NCBI GenBank assembly: GCA_028275775.1
Contig: JAPWTZ010000010.1
Span: 1-19,307, forward strand
Reading direction: 5' to 3'
DNA: 19,307 bases
Source of the DNA: Candidatus Nanopusillus sp.
Lineage (GTDB): Archaea; Nanobdellota; Nanobdellia; Nanobdellales; Nanobdellaceae
The notes beneath the pieces are model-generated. The model made no database searches and had not been told where the DNA came from. It saw only the letters and a program-made list of their open reading frames with translations. Positions within the stretch are counted from its first letter, which is position 1, and every line of letters starts with the position of its first letter. Positions 7,619 through 13,531 of this stretch are shown here, piece after piece. The position numbers and the translations under genes are program-made.

Positions 7619-8017
7619 ATGCTGCCAAAAGAAAGAAATATACTTCTTGTTTATATCTTAGGTTTTTTAACATTGGGAATATACTTTCTATATTGGCTGT
7701 ATAAGACAAAAAAGGAATTGAATGAATTGGGAGCAAATATACCATCTTTTATACTATATTTTATACCAATAGTAAATATATATTGGTTATATAGATATAC
7801 AAAAGGATGGGCTTATGTTACTAAGAAAAATGATGCAATAGTATACTTTATATTATTCTTGTTCTTTGGTATAGTTATGCCATATTTAGTTCAAAAGAGT
7901 TTAAATCAAATAGCAAGAAATTATGCTAGACAACAAATGATGAGACAAGCTATGCCACCACAGCAATATCCTATGTATCCAAATTATCCAGGTCAGGGAG
8001 GCCAATTTAGAATGTAG
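7619..8017 (+). CDS. DUF4234-like small membrane protein with a P/Q/M/Y/G-rich C-terminal tail
   Basis: LTLGIYFLYWLYKTKKELNELG and IVNIYWLYRY match my memory of the DUF4234 pattern (TxGIYxxYWxYK...ELN). There are two to three hydrophobic helices. The tail is QQMMRQAMPPQQYPMYPNYPGQGGQFRM. Confidence 0.6.
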   Translation: MLPKERNILLVYILGFLTLGIYFLYWLYKTKKELNELGANIPSFILYFIPIVNIYWLYRYTKGWAYVTKKNDAIVYFILFLFFGIVMPYLVQKSLNQIARNYARQQMMRQAMPPQQYPMYPNYPGQGGQFRM

Positions 8018-8039
8018 TTTTTATTAATTATTTATTTTT
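8018..8039 (+). terminator. Oligo-T terminator candidate after the DUF4234 gene
   Basis: TTTTTATTAATTATTTATTTTT follows immediately after the TAG at 8015-8017 and contains two T5 runs. Confidence 0.4.
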
Positions 8040-8092
8040 AATATTTAGAAAGTGAAACTTGAAATATTACAATTAATTTAAATAGATATAAA

Positions 8093-8099
8093 TTTATAA
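8093..8099 (+). promoter_or_regulatory. TATA-like box TTTATAA for vapBC
   Basis: It is centred about 27 nt upstream of the vapB ATG at 8123. Confidence 0.4.
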
Positions 8100-8122
8100 G
8101 TAGGAGTATATATTAATATAGT

Positions 8123-8386
8123 ATGAAAGTAAAAGTTACTAGAAATTATCAAATAACTATACCGGCAAAAATTAGGAAAAAGTTAAATATAAAGGAGGGT
8201 CAATATTTAATAGTAGAAGAAGATGAGAAAAATAATGCTATAATTATTAAACCAATAGAATGGGTAAAATTAAGATTGGGTAAAAAATTAACTCAAGAGG
8301 ATATAAATAAAGCTATAGAAAAATATGATAAAGAAATTATTGAGGAAGAATATTCAGAAATAAAAAGATGGAAAGAGAAAGAATAG
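8123..8386 (+). CDS. vapB: AbrB/SpoVT/MazE-fold antitoxin (VapB-type)
   Basis: MKVKVTRNYQITIPAKIRKKLNIKEGQYLIVEEDE is a classic looped-hinge-helix AbrB-type DNA-binding motif. The protein is 87 aa with an acidic C-terminus and overlaps the downstream PIN gene by 19 nt. Confidence 0.8.
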   Translation: MKVKVTRNYQITIPAKIRKKLNIKEGQYLIVEEDEKNNAIIIKPIEWVKLRLGKKLTQEDINKAIEKYDKEIIEEEYSEIKRWKEKE

Positions 8387-8778
8387 TTGTTGATACAAAT
8401 GTTTTAGTTAGAGCCACATTTGAAGATTATGAGGATCATCAGAAAAATCTTAATATATTAACAAGTTATGATGTTATATTGCCAGAAGTAGTTATTTATG
8501 AATATTTGGGAATTTTAATAGAATATGTTAATGATATTGATACTATTTATAGAGTAATAAATAATTTAGAATTATTTGAAATAGAAAGCATAAAGATCAA
8601 AGATATTAAGGAAGCTTTAAAGATGATAAGAGAAAATAATAAAAAATTGAATAAAAGCAATTTAAATGACTTTATTATATTATCAATTGTAAAAAGATTG
8701 AATTATCCGTTTATTACTTATGATGAAGATTTGAAAAAAATAGCTAAAAAATATGATATAAAAATTTTAGAATTATGA
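8368..8778 (+). CDS. vapC: PIN-domain ribonuclease toxin (VapC-type)
   Basis: The N-terminal IVVDTNVLV carries the first PIN acidic residue, and further acidic positions lie in PEVVIYEYL, LNDFIILS and ITYDEDL. At 136 aa it is paired with and overlaps an AbrB-type antitoxin gene. Confidence 0.8.
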   Translation: MERERIVVDTNVLVRATFEDYEDHQKNLNILTSYDVILPEVVIYEYLGILIEYVNDIDTIYRVINNLELFEIESIKIKDIKEALKMIRENNKKLNKSNLNDFIILSIVKRLNYPFITYDEDLKKIAKKYDIKILEL

Positions 8779-8784
8779 TATATT

Positions 8785-8916
8785 ATTTGGTATAATTCAT
8801 GAAACAAAATCTATTGATATTGTTTTATATATGAAAACAAAATCTTGAATATTTGGTATAGTAATTATACCATTTTTATAAAATTTTGGTATAACGAATA
8901 TCTTAATTTTGAATAT
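8785..8916. repeat. Degenerate tandem array of about 33-bp period (TTTGGTATA boxes interleaved with ATGAAA(A)CAAAATCT...TTGA(A)TATT boxes)
   Basis: (A/T)TTTGGTATA occurs at 8785-8794, 8851-8860 and 8884-8893 (offsets 66 and 33 bp). There is a palindrome TGGTATA-gtaat-TATACCA at 8854-8872. An imperfect direct repeat, ATGAAACAAAATCTATTGATATTG (8799-8822) versus ATGAAAACAAAATCTTGAATATTTG (8831-8855), also lies here. I see no ORF longer than about a dozen codons on either strand. Confidence 0.6.
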
Positions 8917-9060
8917 ATAAAAAGTGTAATATAACCTCTGAATAGTTGTTCCTTTTCTGGAATTTATTTTTTCATAAGTAACTACTAATATAAATATTTA
9001 CCATTAATATAAGCAAATCTTTATAAATTAAAAATAAAAAGTCTTATATATTTAACTCAT

Positions 9061-9181
9061 TTAAAATTTATAAATTTCAAAGTAATACAATAAAGCTCAA
9101 AATTTGGATTTTGGAAAAATAAAACCTACATATGCTATTTTGAAATTTATAAATTTTTAAATAATAAGATAAAGCTTATAA
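9061..9181. repeat. Two copies of a 42-bp module (34/42 identical, ungapped), each with the 14-bp palindrome AAATTTATAAATTT and ATAAAGCT 26 nt downstream
   Basis: Copy A is 9061-9102 and copy B is 9140-9181. The palindromes lie at 9064-9077 and 9143-9156, and ATAAAGCT at 9090-9097 and 9169-9176. A looser third copy (CTTTATAAATTA...AAAGTCTTATA) lies at about 9019-9050. Confidence 0.7.
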
Positions 9182-9223
9182 AGTTTTAGATCTTTTTAAA
9201 TACTCTTTGAAAAATAAGTTGAA

Positions 9224-9231
9224 TTATAAAA
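9224..9231 (+). promoter_or_regulatory. TATA-like box TTATAAAA for the PAP2 gene (ATG 9255)
   Basis: It is centred about 27 nt upstream of the ATG at 9255. A competing box TTATAAA at 9176-9182 lies about 28 nt upstream of the alternative TTG at 9207. Confidence 0.35.
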
Positions 9232-9254
9232 AATATGATTTACATAAAAATTTT

Positions 9255-9725
9255 ATGAGTAAAGATCTACTTTTCTTTAATAAGATGTTTATGATTGATT
9301 ATAAAATATCGGAATTTTTTTATAAAAAATTAAAAGACAAATTAAATTTTGTTTATATAATTGATGCATTTTCATATTTAATAAATTTATCTTTCATTTT
9401 TTATATAATATTTTTCATTAATTTTAGTTATATTTTTCTTTTTGCTATATCTACAGCAATAACTTATTTATTAAAATTAATAGTTAATAGAAAAAGGCCT
9501 TATTATTATTTTGATAAAAGATTTGCTATATTAGTTTATGAAAATCATTCTTTTCCAAGTGAACATACTATTATTTCAATATTATCCTTTATAATAACAA
9601 GAAATATTTTAGTATTGATAGCTCCGATATTAAGAATTATTACTTTAAAACATTGGTTATCAGATGCAATATTTTCTATAATTTTATCTTTTGTTTTTTA
9701 CATATTTTTTGGTATCTATCTTTAA
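9255..9725 (+). CDS. PAP2-superfamily membrane phosphatase (phosphatidic acid / undecaprenyl- or dolichyl-diphosphate phosphatase-like)
   Basis: All three PAP2 motifs are present: KLIVNRKRP (KxxxxxxRP), SFPSEHT (PSGH-like) and RIITLKHWLSD (Rx5Hx3D). The protein has several hydrophobic helices. The start is placed at the first in-frame ATG; the track's longer ORF begins at a TTG at 9207, adding 16 aa with no recognisable domain. Confidence 0.75.
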   Translation: MSKDLLFFNKMFMIDYKISEFFYKKLKDKLNFVYIIDAFSYLINLSFIFYIIFFINFSYIFLFAISTAITYLLKLIVNRKRPYYYFDKRFAILVYENHSFPSEHTIISILSFIITRNILVLIAPILRIITLKHWLSDAIFSIILSFVFYIFFGIYL

Positions 9726-9729
9726 TTTT

Positions 9730-10338
9730 TTATTTTTCTATTATATTTAATATTTTCTCCAATATTTCTTCAGGTTTTTCTTCTCCATCAATATAAATTA
9801 TATTATCTTCTGGAAATATTTCCTTTAATTTTAAGAAATTTTCTCTTACTTTTTTTAAAAATTCAATATTTTCATAACTTGTAATATTCTTACCCCTCGA
9901 ACTTATTCTTTCCATTGCAATTTTTGGATCAATATCCAATATAAAAGTAATATCTGGTCTAATTATATATTTTGATATACATTTTAACCATTCAATATTC
10001 ATTCCTTCATATAAAATTTGATAGGAAAATGTAGAATAAATACTTCTATCAGAAATAATAATATAATCATTATTTAAATACTTCTTTAAATCAATATTTT
10101 TTATACTTCTATCTGAAGTAAATAATAATGCTAATAAATATCCATAATCTAAATTTTTTTCATGTTCTTTTGAGATAATTTCTTTTATTTTTTTAGACAA
10201 ATCATTATCGTATGGTTCTTTCATTAATATTACTTTATTATATCTTTTAGATAATTCATTATATAATAAATTTGCAATTGTTGTTTTCCCAGACCCGTCA
10301 ATTCCTTCAATTGCAATATATCTATATTTTTTAATCAT
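9730..10338 (-). CDS. tmk: Thymidylate (dTMP) kinase
   Basis: The P-loop is IAIEGIDGSGKTT, the DR(Y) region is SDRSIYSTFSYQ, and the LID-like segment is RISSRGKN. The length of 202 aa is typical. It is convergent with the PAP2 gene, with 4 nt between the stops. Confidence 0.9.
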   Translation of the reverse strand: MIKKYRYIAIEGIDGSGKTTIANLLYNELSKRYNKVILMKEPYDNDLSKKIKEIISKEHEKNLDYGYLLALLFTSDRSIKNIDLKKYLNNDYIIISDRSIYSTFSYQILYEGMNIEWLKCISKYIIRPDITFILDIDPKIAMERISSRGKNITSYENIEFLKKVRENFLKLKEIFPEDNIIYIDGEEKPEEILEKILNIIEK

Positions 10339-10360
10339 TTATTTTTCTTTTAAAAAAATT

Positions 10361-12214
10361 TTATAATCTAATTATATCACCATTCTTTGGTGCATATGAG
10401 TATATTCCAAATTTTCTATATATTTTCGATGCCAATTCATATGGTTTTGGTATTTCACCATGTACTACAAGAACTTGCTTTGGTTTTGGTCTTAAATATT
10501 TAATAAAAGATATTGATTCAAAATGATCTGCATGACCAGAAAAACCTTCATATTTGTTTACTCTCATCTTTATATTTATTTTTCTATCATTTAATACAAT
10601 TTCTCTTTGTCCATCTAATATTGTTCTACCTAAAGTACCCTGTGCCTGATATGAAACAAATGCTAATAGATTTTTTTCATCTTCCGCGACATAACTAAAA
10701 TAATCTAATATGGGACCTCCCTGCATCATACCAGATGTTGCAATTATTATTGAAGGTTCTTTTGATGTCATAATTTGTTCTCTTTCTTTTTTACTTGCCC
10801 TTATTACATTTTCTCTTTCAAAAGGATTTTTTCCAGATTCTATTTTTTCTCTAATTTCTTTACTTAAAAATTCAGGATATGCTGTATGAATCATTGATGT
10901 TTCCCAAACAATTCCCTCTAAATATATATTTACCTCTGGTAATAATTTATTTTCAATTGCATTTAATAATGTTAATAAAACATCCTGCCCCCTTCCTACT
11001 GCTAATACTGGTATTAATACTTTTCCTCCTTTTTCAATTGTTTCTTTTATATCATGAATAAATAATGCTTCTGTTTCTTCCCTTGATGGATGTTTATCAT
11101 TAAATCCACCATATGTACTTTCAATTATTAATGTTTCCAATCTTTGATATATTGTATTTGGTCTTTCTAATAATGGAATTTTATTAAATTTATAATCTCC
11201 AGTATATAATATATTATGTTTTCCTTCAATATTTATATGAACCATTGAAGATCCAATTATATGATTTGCATTGTGGAATGATATTTTTATATCACTAGTT
11301 ATATCAGTTACTTCAGAATAATTTAATGTAATAGAATGTTTTAAAAATAATTTAATTTCTTTTGTTGTAAATATTGGATTTTTGCTTTGTTTATTGCTTA
11401 CTTTTAGATAATCTAATAAAACTAAAGCTGCAATATCTCTTGTTGGTTCTGTTAAATATACAGGTCCTCTCCATCCAATTCTAAATAAATATGGAACAAA
11501 TCCAACATGATCTAAATGGGCATGTGAAATAATTACTGCATCTAGATTTTGTATATCGAATTCTGGGATATTTAATATTGGATATCTATCTTCTGAATAA
11601 TTTCCTGCACCCAATCCACAATCCAATAAAATATTACTTTCTTTTGTTTGTAATAAAAATGAAGATCTTCCAACTTCCCTTCCAGCACCTAGAAAAACAA
11701 TTCTATAATGATCTAATCTTTGTGGTTTTCTTTCTAATATTTTTTCTCCAATTTTATTTAAAAATTCAGATTTATATAAAGAATTTTTATGCAAATATGC
11801 TCTAATAACATTTATTATTTTTGAAGATTTTAATGGAGCCCTTTGTATTACAATATTACATAAAGTTTCTTCTCTTAATTTATTAATTAAATTTAAATCA
11901 ATTTTTTCTGGTTCATATGTTTCAATATATAATACAGATCTATGTTTTTCAAGATATATATCTTTTATTTTTATTCCATTTAATATTTCCTTTACTTTTT
12001 CCTTAATGTATTCTTCTCCCTTTAATAATCTTGGATTTATCCTTATTTCAATCCTTTTCTTATATTTTTGTGCTAAATTCTTTCCTATTTCAATTCCTTT
12101 TATAAATAAATCTACATTATTTACATATATAACTATCTTTGGTCCTTCGAATATTATTTTATATATATCCTTTGATTGGAATTCCTTTAATAATTCTTCC
12201 TTAACATTCATCAT
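10361..12214 (-). CDS. fttA: aCPSF1 (FttA): archaeal KH-domain / metallo-beta-lactamase / beta-CASP ribonuclease and transcription termination factor
   Basis: An N-terminal KH-like region of about 170 aa is followed by the MBL motifs LLDCGL and HAHLDHVG. The beta-CASP segment is followed by FSGHADH and VVHGE near the C-terminus. The length of 617 aa is typical for aCPSF1. Confidence 0.92.
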   Translation of the reverse strand: MMNVKEELLKEFQSKDIYKIIFEGPKIVIYVNNVDLFIKGIEIGKNLAQKYKKRIEIRINPRLLKGEEYIKEKVKEILNGIKIKDIYLEKHRSVLYIETYEPEKIDLNLINKLREETLCNIVIQRAPLKSSKIINVIRAYLHKNSLYKSEFLNKIGEKILERKPQRLDHYRIVFLGAGREVGRSSFLLQTKESNILLDCGLGAGNYSEDRYPILNIPEFDIQNLDAVIISHAHLDHVGFVPYLFRIGWRGPVYLTEPTRDIAALVLLDYLKVSNKQSKNPIFTTKEIKLFLKHSITLNYSEVTDITSDIKISFHNANHIIGSSMVHINIEGKHNILYTGDYKFNKIPLLERPNTIYQRLETLIIESTYGGFNDKHPSREETEALFIHDIKETIEKGGKVLIPVLAVGRGQDVLLTLLNAIENKLLPEVNIYLEGIVWETSMIHTAYPEFLSKEIREKIESGKNPFERENVIRASKKEREQIMTSKEPSIIIATSGMMQGGPILDYFSYVAEDEKNLLAFVSYQAQGTLGRTILDGQREIVLNDRKINIKMRVNKYEGFSGHADHFESISFIKYLRPKPKQVLVVHGEIPKPYELASKIYRKFGIYSYAPKNGDIIRL

Positions 12215-12259
12215 AAACGTATATAAATACCTTTATAATTAAATATAAGATTTAAAAAA

Positions 12260-12877
12260 TTATTTTTTCTGTAATTCTTCTTTTATTTCATAAAGTTCCT
12301 TTTTCAATCCTTCCTTTGTTAATGTCCAAATTTCAATACCATATCCAGATCCTAGATCTCTTTTTATAGCAGCCATTATTGCTCTCTTTGCTAGTTCTTT
12401 TGCTTCTTCTTCATCCATATTTTCTTTATATTCTGTTTCTAATACACCTAAAGCAAATACCATTCCAGAACCTGTAGATGTAAAGTTATCAAATTTTTCC
12501 AATCCCCCAGCTTCATCTATTGAGTATATATTATAATCATCATTGTCTTTTCCAACAATTATTACTTCTGAAAAGAAAGGGAACCATTTATAATAATTCA
12601 TTAATGTTGATAGAAAACTTGCAGCCTCTTCTGCAGTTGGTTCATTTTTTGATCTTAAATATTTTAATTTTAGATTTGCTTGTAATATCTTTACTAAAGC
12701 TTGAATATCACCAACCAAACCAGCAGCTCCCATCAATATATTATCAGTAATTTGATATAATTTTTGTGTTTTCTTATGATATACCATCATTCCTGCTGTT
12801 GTTTGTCTATCTGATGCAATTAATACTCCATCCTTAAATTTTATTGCAACAATTGTTGTTCCAGATGATTCTGTCAT
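12260..12877 (-). CDS. psmB: Proteasome beta subunit
   Basis: The short propeptide MTESSG is followed by TTIVAIKFKDGVLIASDRQTT, which carries the N-terminal Thr nucleophile context. GSG and the rest of the Ntn-hydrolase core are also present. The protein is 205 aa. Confidence 0.92.
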   Translation of the reverse strand: MTESSGTTIVAIKFKDGVLIASDRQTTAGMMVYHKKTQKLYQITDNILMGAAGLVGDIQALVKILQANLKLKYLRSKNEPTAEEAASFLSTLMNYYKWFPFFSEVIIVGKDNDDYNIYSIDEAGGLEKFDNFTSTGSGMVFALGVLETEYKENMDEEEAKELAKRAIMAAIKRDLGSGYGIEIWTLTKEGLKKELYEIKEELQKK

Positions 12878-12899
12878 AGTTTTATTATAATGAAATATA

Positions 12900-12906
12900 T
12901 TTATAA
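12900..12906 (-). promoter_or_regulatory. TATA-like box (minus-strand TTATAAA) for psmB
   Basis: It is centred about 26 nt upstream of the ATG at 12877 and lies directly next to the tbp stop codon at 12908-12910. Confidence 0.4.
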
Positions 12907-12907
12907 G

Positions 12908-13501
12908 CTATTTTTTTACATATTTTTTTATTACTTTTTCCTGGAATGAATTCAATACATAATCTACATGTTTCTTAATTTCATCAAAATTACTAAATTC
13001 ACCTTTTAATCCTGGGCATACAAATTTTCCATTTTTAAATACATTGAATTTTACTCTATAATTTTCTGCTACTTCAAATGTAACAGTAACTGCTGGAAAA
13101 GCTTCTGGATTATATTGAGAATCTGGTATTTCATCTGCCAATCTTACTATATCTATATTATCATAGTCAAATTTTCCATTTACAACAATATTTTGTACCT
13201 TTATTTTATAATCTTTTGGTAATTCTATATCAATTTGTTTAAATAATTCTCTTAATTTTTCTGCTACATATTCTATATCTTCCAATCTTTTTATTCCCGA
13301 TATATTTATTGTTCCACTATTAAATACTAGTGCTTTAACATTTTCTTCTTTATTTCCGCCTTCTTTTAATGGTATAATTAATCCAGGAAATGTTTCCGGA
13401 TCATATTGAGCATAAGGAATTAAATTTGCGATTTTATCTAATGGTAACTTTACATTAAAATATATTGTAACAACCGCATTCGAAATCTCCCATGTAACCA
13501 T
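12908..13501 (-). CDS. tbp: TATA-box-binding protein (divergent)
   Basis: There are two internal repeats: ISNAVVTIYFNVKLPLDKIANLIPYAQYDPETFPGLI... and VQNIVVNGKFDYDNIDIVRLADEIPDSQYNPEAFPAV... The Y(D/N)PE(T/A)FP signature and the SG..x..G ends are present. The length of 197 aa is typical of archaeal TBP. Confidence 0.85.
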   Translation of the reverse strand: MVTWEISNAVVTIYFNVKLPLDKIANLIPYAQYDPETFPGLIIPLKEGGNKEENVKALVFNSGTINISGIKRLEDIEYVAEKLRELFKQIDIELPKDYKIKVQNIVVNGKFDYDNIDIVRLADEIPDSQYNPEAFPAVTVTFEVAENYRVKFNVFKNGKFVCPGLKGEFSNFDEIKKHVDYVLNSFQEKVIKKYVKK

Positions 13502-13523
13502 TTTTAATAAATCTAATAAAAAC

Positions 13524-13531
13524 TTATAAAA
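13524..13531 (-). promoter_or_regulatory. TATA-like box (minus-strand TTTTATAA) for tbp, overlapping the ileS stop codon
   Basis: It is centred about 26-27 nt upstream of the ATG at 13501. The ileS stop occupies 13524-13526. Confidence 0.4.

Noticed and set aside
8054-8853. Direct repeats flanking vapBC as insertion scars (GAAACTTGAAATATT at 8054-8068 versus AAATCTTGAATATTT at 8839-8853).
   Set aside because: Only about 10 nt match, with an indel, in A/T-rich sequence. This is not distinguishable from chance by eye.
8951-8968. Origin recognition box: CCTTTTCTGGAATTTATT contains TTCTGGAA, which resembles part of the archaeal ORB core (TCCAGTGGAAA).
   Set aside because: It is a single partial match with no inverted second ORB and no orc1/cdc6 gene nearby. 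At this composition the match could easily be chance.
8785-9186. Possible CRISPR array in the repeat-rich gap.
   Set aside because: The repeats are short, degenerate and of two unrelated kinds. The spacing is 33/66/79 bp with no unique spacers of uniform length. No cas genes or leader-like organisation are present.
9207-9254. TTG at 9207 as the PAP2 start, as in the ORF track.
   Set aside because: The first in-frame ATG at 9255 has its own TATA-like box at about -27, and the extra 16 aa add no domain. The TTG start is kept only as an alternative, because a TATA-like box also lies about 28 nt upstream of it.
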